Virus record (IMG/VR): IMGVR_UViG_3300025728_000008
Location: 95,413 to 159,412 of that record
Direction: 5' to 3' (one strand)
DNA: 64,000 nucleotides
Origin: a virus
The notes beneath the pieces are model-generated. The model worked only from the letters and a program-made list of their open reading frames with translations. It did no database searches and was not told the origin of the DNA. Positions 20,601-30,476 of this stretch are shown in pieces. A program made the position numbers and the translations under genes. Each line of letters begins with the position of its first letter. Position 1 is the stretch's first letter.

Positions 20601-20632
20601 GAAGAGTCTTACAGATAGTAAGGCTCTTTCTT
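20601..20632 (+). terminator. Terminator-like hairpin
   Basis: GAAGAGTCTTAC-AGATA-GTAAGGCTCTTT, ending in T-rich sequence. Confidence 0.55.
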
Positions 20633-20661
20633 AGGATAAAAGGAAAATAGGAGTGATTTTA

Positions 20662-23600
20662 ATGCCAATAATTGGTTCGGGTCAAATGACATTAATAGAT
20701 ATGAATGATGTTCTTGTTTCAGCGACTAAACCATCAAATCCTGCCGAGGGACAAATGTGGTGGAATACAACTGAATCACAATTATATATTTATCAAGGTG
20801 GAAATTGGCAACAATCTACACAGGTAATTAGCGGAGGACGAAATCTACTAAGATATAGTGGTCTATTTAAAGGTACTACTGGTTGGACATTAAATGGTGG
20901 AAGTGGATTAACTGTTGATAAAACAACATTTCCAAATGAAGCTGTTTTATCTGCTACAGGTTCAGTAAAAGCAGTAGCAAGCGTACCAGTTAAAAATGGT
21001 CAAGAATACGTATATGCTACAGAGATTATGTTTAATGCAAATATAGATTTAAATTCAAGTTCTCCTTTGCACTATTGGGTAAACTTAACTGGTGTGAATG
21101 GTACAGCAGGTATTGAAAGAGTTAGTGTAGATGGTGGAGACAGAACACTTGTTGCTAATAAATGGCATAAGATTGTTATTCGATTCAAAGTTAAAGATGA
21201 TGGAAATGCTTATGTATTTACACCATTCATCTATAAATCACCAATGACTCAAAAATGGTGGATGAGAACAATCCAATTAATGGAAGGCAATGTTCCTACT
21301 GGATGGTCTCCTGCTCCAGAAGAAGTAGATGAAATTATCACAGATGTCACTGAAACTTTAGGGAACATGGCAAATGACAATCTTGTTGAATATAATGAAA
21401 GAAAAATAATCAAAGAAAAAGTTGAAGAATTAGTTGGTGCATCTGTATTAGATACAGGAGATTTACCTACAATTGCAACTTTGGATACTAGTAATAAAGG
21501 ATTAATTTTCACAGTTAGACAACAAGCTAGACAAGTAGGTATTCCTATAGGAACAACTGCAAGTCCATCAACAGGACACCCGAAATACTATGCAGTTCAA
21601 ACAACTTACGAAGCATTAAAGACATATCTTGAAGGACTAAAAACAACTGATAATATTTCTTTGAGACCTTGGGATGTTTCAACTGGAAATCAAAAGAAAG
21701 TTATTTCAGTTGTCAAATTGACGTTTAGAACAACTTGGTTAAACTTTTATAATGCGTTGAATGACTTAGCTACATATACTTCTCAAGTACAAAATGATGA
21801 TGCATATAATCCAGTAAGAGTTAATCATGCTAGTAATGGAAACTTTGAAATTCCTTTAACAGAAGGATTATGGAAGAATAGTTATGTTGGTCAAACAAAA
21901 GAAATCGTTGATATTTCAGCAGAAACCGCACCATTCCAATTTGCATATCATGTAAAAAATACAACTAATGCAAATGGCGGTATTTTCGTTCAAGAGTTGT
22001 GGAGTGGAGCAAATGCAGAAGTACTTGTGGATAGAGAAGTTACAATTCAATTTTGGTTGAAATATCAAAATATTGTTGCAGGAGCGCAAGCTTATTTAGC
22101 AGGTAGATTCGGAGAACTTCTTATTGAAGGAGAAAATGCCAGTGCTCAAAAGTTTTATAGATATATTCGTTTTGCTAATACAACAACAATGAATGAAGGT
22201 TCATATATTACTGGAACAGATATGACATGGAAAAAATACACTGGAACAACTAAATTAACACTTCCTACAGGAGCAACTAAAATCACTAAAGTGTCATTCA
22301 AACATGGCTTAGAAGGTTGTACTGGTGAGTTCTGGAGTACAGGTATTAAACTTGAGTTCGGTGCAAAAGCATCTGATTGGTCAGTATCTCCAATTGATTT
22401 ACAACAAAAAGTTTACAAGACTTCATTGGCGGTTGAGCCAAACAATATTACAGCTACAGTAGTAAGTAATCAGACTTTTCTAAATACAATAGATAAAGTA
22501 GTTTCAAATGAAACAGGATATATCAATAAGAACTATAACTTTGCTGATTGGACAGGAACTTATCCAGTTGGATATAATGGAAATGTCGGAACAGCAGTAA
22601 CAAAAGTAACACCATCTGAAACAGGTAATGGTAAGTCTGTAAGATTTACTAATGCTTTAGGAGTAGAAAGTTATTTAAGTGGTGACGGATATTTAGATAA
22701 ACCATATTATCAATATGTATATGTTGAATCAACATTTAAATTAGAAAGTGGTTCTATCAACGGTGCAGGTATTCTCTTTAGATATTTAAGAGCAGATAAT
22801 TCAAGTAGTGCGTTTGAAGGTAGATTCAAATTTTCAGATGTTGTCGCTAGTCCAACTTTAAATAAATGGTATACAGTTTCAACAGTATTTAAAGTTCCAA
22901 CACCTGTTGATTTTGGTGGATACAGACTCTACACTATGGGAAGTTATGGAGCATTTGATGCAACAAAACCTGCAAAGTCAATTCTTATTGATTCAACAAT
23001 TTCAAGACCTGCTACAGCAGAAGAAGCAAAAGCATATGAAGCAAATGTTTCAATCAATGATATGACAAACGATAATAAGTTGACAGCTTTAGAAAAACAT
23101 GATATGAAGAATCAGTTGGATATGATTGTTGCAGAGAAACCTACATATGAAGCAAAAGCAAATCAGTATTTAATTGTTACAGAAAAGAACGCATATGTAA
23201 CAGCATATAACACTTTATATGATACAGTGAATCCATTGCTTGCAGGAGCTAATTTAAACTTAACATCAGATGTTGTTGGAGCAACTATTAGAACACTGTT
23301 TAAAAACTATAATGAGAAGAAAGAACTTTTAGAGAAAGCTATCCTAGATGCCTTAAACTTTGGTGGAAGAAACGTAGTCTTCAACTCTAAATTTAAAACA
23401 AATGATAGTGGAGTCTTATTAAATTGGAATGGAGTAGCATCACAAGTTGTTATTAAAGACCCAGAAGCAGATAAACCAGATAGTAATATCTGGAGTATTT
23501 CAAGAACAGGGCAAGCAACAAACTCTATTCTCAGTACATATTCCAATAAATTTAAAGCAAGTTTAGATGATACATTTGTATTTGCAATTGATTTGAAAGT

Positions 23601-24984
23601 AGCAAATGTCACTGCATGGGATGTACAAAATCCTTTCATTATGGAATTTTATGATTCAGCAGGAACACGAGTTCAATATGAAGATGTCACTATGACAAGA
23701 TTGAATGCACCAACTCTAGTAAATAATACATGGTATCGTTTATGGTGTGTTATCAAAGTAACAAATGTAACAGTTACTACTGGAGCTATTAGATTAGCAT
23801 TATTCCGAAATGGAGATATTTCAATTCGTGAAGTAAAAATAGAAAAAGGAACAAAGGCTACTGAATTTACTGTAGCACCAGAAGATGTAGATTCAATGAT
23901 TTATAACATCGAAACAAGAATGTCATCAGCAGAAATCAAAATCAGTGACAGTTCTATTATAAACACAATTCGACAGTCTACAGACTACAAGAATGACTTG
24001 AGTGCAAAAGCTGACAACAGTGATTTAGCAGACCTTGCAACAAAAGGTGAAGTTGATAACGCAAATAAAGATGCAAAAAACTATGCAGATGATAAAGTTA
24101 AAAACATTGACTTTGAGCCATTTGTACTTAAAACACAATTGTCACAAGAAATCACAAATATATCTGCAAAGTTTGAAGCAGGTGGAGGGGTTAACCTTCT
24201 TAAAAATTCTGTCGGATATGGGGTATTAACAGCAACAGCTCAAGATAGCTATGTTCCTGCTTGGACACTTGTTAACCCAACAGCAGTACAAACAGTTTCA
24301 AGTAGTGCTTTAGATGCATTAGGTTTCGGTAGAGGTTTCCAATTACCACCTAGTTCAATTGCTACAGAAATGAAACAAGATGTATATGTTCAAGTTGGTC
24401 AGCCTTACACTTTGTCATGGTTCATTAACAAAACAAACAATTCATCTAATGCAAACACAGATGGAGCAGTGTATGTCGAATTTCTACAGGGTGCAACAGT
24501 TTTAAGTTCTTATACAACTACCTATGCTAGTGATAAAGTTACAAACGGATTTGAAAAAGGAATGAAAACAATTATTCCAACAGCAGGTGTTGTAACAGTT
24601 AGAGTAAGAGCTAATAAGCTATCAGATATTATTATCAGTGGTTTCATGTTTAATATTGGAGAAGTGGGACTTCAATGGTCTCTAGCTACAGGAGAATTGT
24701 ATAATACAAATATTCGGATGGATATGAATGGTATAAAAGTATCTCAAATTGTTAATGGTGTTGAACGTGGTTACACACAAATTACACCGCAAGAATTTGC
24801 AGGATATTACGATTCTAAAGGCGATGGAAAATATGAAAAAGTATTCTACTTAAAAGAGGACGAAACGGTATCTAAAAAGTTCGTAGCAAAAGAAGAGTTT
24901 ACGCTAGGAAGTATTAAGATTATAAAAGTAGAATCTACAGCAAATAAAGGTTGGGCATTCGTACAGGTTGTACCAACTACATAA
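20662..24984 (+). CDS. Large tail fibre/receptor-binding protein with repeated carbohydrate-binding-like domains
   Basis: ~1440 aa; repeated GGRNL/GGRNV/GGVNL domain starts and APEE/SPID/APED ends. Confidence 0.75.
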   Translation: MPIIGSGQMTLIDMNDVLVSATKPSNPAEGQMWWNTTESQLYIYQGGNWQQSTQVISGGRNLLRYSGLFKGTTGWTLNGGSGLTVDKTTFPNEAVLSATGSVKAVASVPVKNGQEYVYATEIMFNANIDLNSSSPLHYWVNLTGVNGTAGIERVSVDGGDRTLVANKWHKIVIRFKVKDDGNAYVFTPFIYKSPMTQKWWMRTIQLMEGNVPTGWSPAPEEVDEIITDVTETLGNMANDNLVEYNERKIIKEKVEELVGASVLDTGDLPTIATLDTSNKGLIFTVRQQARQVGIPIGTTASPSTGHPKYYAVQTTYEALKTYLEGLKTTDNISLRPWDVSTGNQKKVISVVKLTFRTTWLNFYNALNDLATYTSQVQNDDAYNPVRVNHASNGNFEIPLTEGLWKNSYVGQTKEIVDISAETAPFQFAYHVKNTTNANGGIFVQELWSGANAEVLVDREVTIQFWLKYQNIVAGAQAYLAGRFGELLIEGENASAQKFYRYIRFANTTTMNEGSYITGTDMTWKKYTGTTKLTLPTGATKITKVSFKHGLEGCTGEFWSTGIKLEFGAKASDWSVSPIDLQQKVYKTSLAVEPNNITATVVSNQTFLNTIDKVVSNETGYINKNYNFADWTGTYPVGYNGNVGTAVTKVTPSETGNGKSVRFTNALGVESYLSGDGYLDKPYYQYVYVESTFKLESGSINGAGILFRYLRADNSSSAFEGRFKFSDVVASPTLNKWYTVSTVFKVPTPVDFGGYRLYTMGSYGAFDATKPAKSILIDSTISRPATAEEAKAYEANVSINDMTNDNKLTALEKHDMKNQLDMIVAEKPTYEAKANQYLIVTEKNAYVTAYNTLYDTVNPLLAGANLNLTSDVVGATIRTLFKNYNEKKELLEKAILDALNFGGRNVVFNSKFKTNDSGVLLNWNGVASQVVIKDPEADKPDSNIWSISRTGQATNSILSTYSNKFKASLDDTFVFAIDLKVANVTAWDVQNPFIMEFYDSAGTRVQYEDVTMTRLNAPTLVNNTWYRLWCVIKVTNVTVTTGAIRLALFRNGDISIREVKIEKGTKATEFTVAPEDVDSMIYNIETRMSSAEIKISDSSIINTIRQSTDYKNDLSAKADNSDLADLATKGEVDNANKDAKNYADDKVKNIDFEPFVLKTQLSQEITNISAKFEAGGGVNLLKNSVGYGVLTATAQDSYVPAWTLVNPTAVQTVSSSALDALGFGRGFQLPPSSIATEMKQDVYVQVGQPYTLSWFINKTNNSSNANTDGAVYVEFLQGATVLSSYTTTYASDKVTNGFEKGMKTIIPTAGVVTVRVRANKLSDIIISGFMFNIGEVGLQWSLATGELYNTNIRMDMNGIKVSQIVNGVERGYTQITPQEFAGYYDSKGDGKYEKVFYLKEDETVSKKFVAKEEFTLGSIKIIKVESTANKGWAFVQVVPTT

Positions 24985-25006
24985 TGAATAAAAGGAGAAG
25001 ATATAC

Positions 25007-27751
25007 ATGGCTTTAAGCGGTAGTTTTGGTACAGATTTTGGTGGCGGTTATCGCTTACAATTAGAATGGTCTGCTACCCAAAATATTTCAAATAACACTA
25101 GTACAATCATGACACGCCTTTACTTAATCAGTAAAGGTTCGTCATGGACAATTAATTCAAGTGCTAGTAAGTATGTAGAATTAAATATTAATGATGGCTC
25201 AGACCATTATTCATCTAAGAGTGAAGGTGGACTTGCAAGCCTTGGAGGAAACCAGAAGAAAGAAATTTTCTGGCATTCATTTACTGTTGGTCATAATAGC
25301 AATGGTACAAAGTCTGTTTATCTTGCAGGTAGATTTGATGTTAATGTAACAATTAGTGGGAGTTATGTCGGAAGACTAGATACTAGTCAAACAGTTACAC
25401 TGGACACAATCCCTCGAAATTCACAGATTACGACTCAACCAGACATTACAGCAGGAAGACCTCATTCATTTACTCTAGAAAGATATTCATCAGAATTTGA
25501 CCACGGAGTAGAATTTTTTGTTGCAGGTCAATTTATTAAACGATTGGATGGAGTAGGTACAAGTGGTACATTTAACTTCTCTAAAGATGAAGTTTATATC
25601 ATGTATCAGAAACTTCAAGCAAATGGATATAATCCAGTTAGTTGTGCGATAAGAGTTTTCACATATAGATATGGAACACAAATAGGAAGTTATGTTGAAC
25701 GTGGTGGAACTTGTTATAATTGGGGTGGTGGTTATGCATCATTTGCAGGTGTTAATAACTATGGTGATTCAATTTCCGTAACAATAAACAATGGTCATCC
25801 AGATATGAGATATAACACAAACTTTACTTTAAATGGAGTATCTATTAAGAATCAGAATGACATGACACAAGGTGTAACTAATGTATCATTCTCTGCTGAA
25901 AAACAAGCAATGTTAAATGCAACACCTACAGTTACAGGAGCTATGGGTAGAGCTACAGTAACAACTTATTGGTATAAGAGTGATGGTGTAACAAAAATTC
26001 AAGTTGCTAATCCAATTTATTCTGACTTTTGGGCGAATGGAGGGAACGCACTAGTAGACCCTACATTTAATCCTACAATTACATATGCCGATACAAATAA
26101 TGACCCTGCAAAGGGTAACACATTAGCAGTAACAGGTAATAACCAATATATTATACAAGATATGTCATTAGTAACTGTTACTCTTGCAGGGGCAACCAAG
26201 GCTACTACAACAAATGGAACAACTATTAAAGAATATGTTGTGTCATTAGGAGGTAAGCAAGTAACACAAGCCCATACAGCAGGAACTACAGATATAACAT
26301 TTGTCATTGGGTCAGTTAGTTCAACCACAAATTTAACTATCGAAATTAAAGCTATTGATAATCGTGGAAGATATAAATCAGCATATAAAACAGTTACAAT
26401 TGTTCCATATTCAAAACCCACTTTAGTAGCAAATGTAACACGTGTAAACAACTTTGAAAACTCAACAGAAATTACAATCAATGGAACAATTTCTCCTTTA
26501 GTTGTAAATAGTTCTGCAAAGAACATTTTATCATCTCTGAAATACAGAAGCAAAACAACGGTTGGAGGAAGTTGGAGTGCTTATTCAGAAATAAAAACAA
26601 CAGCAGTAATTACTGGCTCAAACTTCTCACATCCAAAAATAACTAATACTTATGATAATAGTTATGCATACTCTTTTGAAATTCTTGTTCAAGATATATT
26701 CGGTGCAACAAGCCAGATGCAAGTTAACAGAACTATTGAAAAAGGTAAGCCATTATTCTTCATAGACTATGAGAAATCAACTTTAGGAGTCGGTAAGTTT
26801 CCAGAAAACGCCAACAATGGAATGGAAATTGTAGGAAGACTTGAAGCAGATGGTATTACTTCTAAAATGGGAGTCTTTCAAATTGGTTCACTAACTAGAG
26901 CGAATCATGGTAATGGTGCTACAGAGTTTGCCTACAATGAACTGACAACTGATTTAAATATACTAGGTCGAAATTGGGGTAATAATACAACTCATGATAT
27001 TAATATGAGAGTTTCTGGAAGAATCTACGCAAAAGAAATTTATGCTTGGAATAATGGGGGAATCTGGTTTGATGGTTGGGGAAATATCAAAGGAACAAAT
27101 ATGGCAAACACAGCAGGTAATACTTGGTCTATTAAAGATGGAGATGACCGAAATAGATTCTTAACATATATCGGTAAAGGCTCGACAGGTTCAACAGAAA
27201 TTAGCTCTTACACAAACGGTATTGACTTCTTTCATGACAATTATAAAGCTCTCATGGTATACACTAGTAACTATGGTGTTAATAGAATCCTTCAATTCGG
27301 CAATGGTAATGGTGGTATTTTTAAGTGGCAACAACTTGCTTTAAATTCAGAAGGAAGATTTGAGTTTAGGAAAAGTGATGATTCAGATTGGGCAAAATTA
27401 AGTGGAACATGGGTTGACCCATCATCTAGAAAATACAAGAAAAATATTGAAACATATGAAGAAAGTGCAATCGACATTATTATGAACGCAACACCAGTTA
27501 CTTATCATTTCAAATCTCAAGCAGATGAAGAAAAGAAAATGATTGGACTTATTGCAGAAGATGCACCACATATCATTCAAGCAGATGAAGAAGGAACAGG
27601 TATTAATACATACGGTATGATTACTGTTTCATGGAAAGGCATTCAAGAAAACACTTTAGAAATTAGACAGAATACAGAAAGTATCAACCAGTTAACAAAG
27701 ACAGTTAAAAGACTTGAAGAAGAGATTAAATATTTGAAAGGGGAAATTTAA
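25007..27751 (+). CDS. Tail fibre (DUF859-like N-terminus) with C-terminal peptidase S74 intramolecular chaperone
   Basis: N-terminal MALSGSF...LEWSATQNISNNTS; C-terminal SSRKYKKNI...PVTYHFK...IGLIAED plus coiled coil. Confidence 0.8.
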   Translation: MALSGSFGTDFGGGYRLQLEWSATQNISNNTSTIMTRLYLISKGSSWTINSSASKYVELNINDGSDHYSSKSEGGLASLGGNQKKEIFWHSFTVGHNSNGTKSVYLAGRFDVNVTISGSYVGRLDTSQTVTLDTIPRNSQITTQPDITAGRPHSFTLERYSSEFDHGVEFFVAGQFIKRLDGVGTSGTFNFSKDEVYIMYQKLQANGYNPVSCAIRVFTYRYGTQIGSYVERGGTCYNWGGGYASFAGVNNYGDSISVTINNGHPDMRYNTNFTLNGVSIKNQNDMTQGVTNVSFSAEKQAMLNATPTVTGAMGRATVTTYWYKSDGVTKIQVANPIYSDFWANGGNALVDPTFNPTITYADTNNDPAKGNTLAVTGNNQYIIQDMSLVTVTLAGATKATTTNGTTIKEYVVSLGGKQVTQAHTAGTTDITFVIGSVSSTTNLTIEIKAIDNRGRYKSAYKTVTIVPYSKPTLVANVTRVNNFENSTEITINGTISPLVVNSSAKNILSSLKYRSKTTVGGSWSAYSEIKTTAVITGSNFSHPKITNTYDNSYAYSFEILVQDIFGATSQMQVNRTIEKGKPLFFIDYEKSTLGVGKFPENANNGMEIVGRLEADGITSKMGVFQIGSLTRANHGNGATEFAYNELTTDLNILGRNWGNNTTHDINMRVSGRIYAKEIYAWNNGGIWFDGWGNIKGTNMANTAGNTWSIKDGDDRNRFLTYIGKGSTGSTEISSYTNGIDFFHDNYKALMVYTSNYGVNRILQFGNGNGGIFKWQQLALNSEGRFEFRKSDDSDWAKLSGTWVDPSSRKYKKNIETYEESAIDIIMNATPVTYHFKSQADEEKKMIGLIAEDAPHIIQADEEGTGINTYGMITVSWKGIQENTLEIRQNTESINQLTKTVKRLEEEIKYLKGEI

Positions 27752-27753
27752 TT

Positions 27754-28260
27754 ATGGTATTTGATAATTTAACAATGTATGAGAAAGAATTGATTTTACA
27801 AGGATTGGAGAATATGAGTTTATCTAATCAAAACAATCTTGCTAGTGCTCTAGCTCAAAAGTTTAATTGTGCAGTTTGGCAAGTTACTCCTACTCAATTT
27901 CTAGATTATCACAAAGATATAAAATTGAGAATCTTAGATGAGCAATGTGAACTAGGAATCAAAAATGGATTCACCTCAGTAAATGGACATCGTTATCGGT
28001 TAAATGATGCAGACCAAATAAACTTCTTAGGTATGGCAGAAAGACTTTCACGCAGACCAGAGATGACAGAAGTAGAATGGAAAGTAGAAGATTTACAAGG
28101 TTATGTAACTCATACAAGAGCAGAATGGTTAGCAGTACAAGATGAAGCTTTTGACCATAAATTCGGTCAATTGATGAAATATAATCAATTAATCACAACT
28201 GTAAAAAATGCCACTAATCACGCAACAATCGTTGCAGTTAAATGGGAAAACCCACTTTAA
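27754..28260 (+). CDS. Tail fibre-associated protein (DUF4376-like)
   Basis: GF.SVNGHRY..DQINF...WK motif; follows the fibre gene. Confidence 0.55.
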   Translation: MVFDNLTMYEKELILQGLENMSLSNQNNLASALAQKFNCAVWQVTPTQFLDYHKDIKLRILDEQCELGIKNGFTSVNGHRYRLNDADQINFLGMAERLSRRPEMTEVEWKVEDLQGYVTHTRAEWLAVQDEAFDHKFGQLMKYNQLITTVKNATNHATIVAVKWENPL

Positions 28261-28283
28261 TTATAACATAGGAGGAAAAGGAA

Positions 28284-28448
28284 ATGCAAGGACAAATTGA
28301 CATTAATTTTTTAGTAAAGAGATATAAAGAACAGGTTGGAGAGCAAGCAAATAAGATTATTTATTTAGAAGCTTATATCGAACAATTAGAAAAACAAATC
28401 TTAGATGATGCAAAAGCAAAAGAAGAAGAAACAGAAGATAAAAAATAA
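28284..28448 (+). CDS. Small coiled-coil protein (54 aa, not in ORF track)
   Basis: RBS AGGAGG; MQGQIDINFLVKRYKEQVGEQANKIIYLEAYIEQLEKQ... Confidence 0.7.
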   Translation: MQGQIDINFLVKRYKEQVGEQANKIIYLEAYIEQLEKQILDDAKAKEEETEDKK

Positions 28449-28516
28449 TGGTATAAATTCCTGCTAGGCGAGAGTCTAACCTAGCAGGTCTTATTAAAAA
28501 TTAGGAGGAATTTTAA

Positions 28517-29467
28517 ATGGCTATTTCAGTAAGACAAAAATTGGTGGATTCTAGTAAGTATGGTTTAAAGTGTCCAAACGCTATGACAGCTCAATACATT
28601 ACAATTCACAATACTTACAATGATGCAAGTGCAAACAATGAGGTGCAGTACATGATTACAAACAGTAATGCTACTTCATTCCACTTTGCAGTTGATGATT
28701 TCGAGGTTGTTCAAGGTATCCCTACAAACCGTAATGCTTGGCATTGTGGAGATGGGAATGGTAACGGTAACATGAAATCTATCGGAGTTGAAATCTGTTA
28801 CTCATTAAGTGGTGGAGACAGATATAAAAAAGCGGAAGCATTAGCTGTAAAGTTTACTGCTCAACTTTTAAAAGAGCGTGGATGGGGAATTGACCGTGTT
28901 AAAAAACACCAAGATTGGTCTGGTAAATATTGTCCACACCGTATCTTAGCAGAAGGACGTTGGCAGTCATTCCTTAATGCTGTTCAAACAGAATTAAACG
29001 GTGGAGGTTCTACTAACCCACCAACTAGTTCTACAGGTGTTGTTAAAGTCGTTACAACAGGTTTGAATCTACGTACACAACCAAGTGCAAGTGCTCCAAT
29101 CATCCGTCAATTAGGTTTAAATGAAACATACCAGTTCTGGGCAGTTTCTAATGGATGGTACAACTTAGGTGGAGACCAATGGGCTTATGGAGACAATGGT
29201 AATTACTTACAAGTTGTTAGTGGCGGAAGTTCTGTAGCTCCTGCTCCAGAGCCAAAACCAGAGCCAAAACCAATCACAGGTACAGCGTATATCACAGGAT
29301 ATAACGTAAACCTTCGTAAAGGTGCAGGAACAGGTTACTCTGTAATCCGTCAATTAAATGCACCAGAATCATATAAAGTATGGGCATTAGTAAATGGATG
29401 GTTAAATCTTGGTGGAGACCAATGGATTAAAAATGACTCTTCATTTGTTCGTTTCGTACAAGACTAA
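28517..29467 (+). CDS. Endolysin: N-acetylmuramoyl-L-alanine amidase (Amidase_2) with two SH3-like cell-wall-binding repeats
   Basis: ITIHNT, SFHFAVDD, AWHCGDG, SIGVEIC, HQDWSGKYCP; two LNLR...GW.NLGGDQW repeats. Confidence 0.93.
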   Translation: MAISVRQKLVDSSKYGLKCPNAMTAQYITIHNTYNDASANNEVQYMITNSNATSFHFAVDDFEVVQGIPTNRNAWHCGDGNGNGNMKSIGVEICYSLSGGDRYKKAEALAVKFTAQLLKERGWGIDRVKKHQDWSGKYCPHRILAEGRWQSFLNAVQTELNGGGSTNPPTSSTGVVKVVTTGLNLRTQPSASAPIIRQLGLNETYQFWAVSNGWYNLGGDQWAYGDNGNYLQVVSGGSSVAPAPEPKPEPKPITGTAYITGYNVNLRKGAGTGYSVIRQLNAPESYKVWALVNGWLNLGGDQWIKNDSSFVRFVQD

Positions 29468-29536
29468 TATAGTCACAGAATTACAAGGGCTTGAATTAAA
29501 AGGGGTTGCATAAAAAGATAGGGGAGGAAGTCGATT

Positions 29537-29857
29537 ATGGATTTCTTACAAATTTTCACGGATGCAGGATTGTTAACAGCTCTCTCAACCCTTCTCGGTT
29601 CTGGTATTACATATTTTGTAACAAAGAATACTAACAAGAAAGAACTGGCAATTAATGACAGAATGCAACTCTCTAAAGACCAATACCAATTAATTGCAGA
29701 ATTACGTCAGATGATGCAAGAGCAAAGAGAAGAGATTGAAAACTTGCGAGATGAGATTAAACAACTACAAGCTGTTAACTTAAATCTAACATTGGAAAAC
29801 AAACACTTGCAAGAGAAAATTACTGAACTAAACCAACGTTTAGACGGTAAATTTTAA
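29537..29857 (+). CDS. Holin-like membrane protein with coiled coil
   Basis: N-terminal hydrophobic helix followed by a long coiled coil; in the lysis cassette. Confidence 0.55.
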   Translation: MDFLQIFTDAGLLTALSTLLGSGITYFVTKNTNKKELAINDRMQLSKDQYQLIAELRQMMQEQREEIENLRDEIKQLQAVNLNLTLENKHLQEKITELNQRLDGKF

Positions 29858-29925
29858 TTAATTAAATTATACCATGCTTGTTGATAAATGTCAATGAGCA
29901 TGGTCAATTCAAAGGAGAATGACAG

Positions 29926-30261
29926 ATGGAAAATATCCAAGTAGAACTAGTAAATCTTGCTGTTGCAATTTTGACAGCATTAGTAGGTTTAGCAACAAAA
30001 TCAGTTATGAGTTTCTTAAAGAAAAAAGGAATCGTTGCACAAGTTCAAAATAACAAAGAAGTAGTTTCTATTGTAGTTAAAGCAGTTGAACAGATGTATG
30101 GACAACTTAAAGGTGAAGAAAAGCTTAACATGGCTAAGATGGAAATCATCAAGTTAATGCAACAAAAGAAAATCAAAATGACAGAAGCAGAAATTGATTT
30201 AATGATTGAAGCTATGGTTAAAGAAATGAAAGACCAAGCTAACTCAGAATTAAAAAAATAA
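29926..30261 (+). CDS. Holin (LL-H family-like)
   Basis: N-terminal TM helix; V.AVEQ.Y...GEEKL..A and IEA.VKEM motifs. Confidence 0.75.
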   Translation: MENIQVELVNLAVAILTALVGLATKSVMSFLKKKGIVAQVQNNKEVVSIVVKAVEQMYGQLKGEEKLNMAKMEIIKLMQQKKIKMTEAEIDLMIEAMVKEMKDQANSELKK

Positions 30262-30283
30262 ACAAATAGAAGGATGATGTTGC

Positions 30284-30463
30284 ATGTTTACAGTCGGTCA
30301 AACAGTTATTGTTAATCAAGGTGGAATTACCTATACAGGAAAGATTCTTAAAGTTTATGAATCTTCTCAGAAGTTGTTATTACTTTTAAATGACAACGGG
30401 CAAATGGTCGTGCCTATGCAGTATTGTACTCCTATGAAAAATAGAATCTCAGAAAGAGACTAA
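30284..30463 (+). CDS. Small hypothetical protein (59 aa, SH3/KOW-like pattern, not in ORF track)
   Basis: MFTVGQTVIV...YTGKILKVYE; RBS-like AAGGATG; fills the gap before 30477. Confidence 0.6.
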   Translation: MFTVGQTVIVNQGGITYTGKILKVYESSQKLLLLLNDNGQMVVPMQYCTPMKNRISERD

Positions 30464-30476
30464 GAGGTGAAATTAA

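Noticed and set aside
5203-27477. Many antisense ORFs of 60-180 aa within TMP and tail genes, and + strand ORFs within the - strand block
   Set aside because: Shadow frames of real genes, without RBS or recognisable motifs
18426-27751. Invertible tail-fibre cassettes or diversity-generating retroelement driven by the recombinase
   Set aside because: No inverted fibre fragments, no reverse transcriptase and no template/variable repeat pair seen
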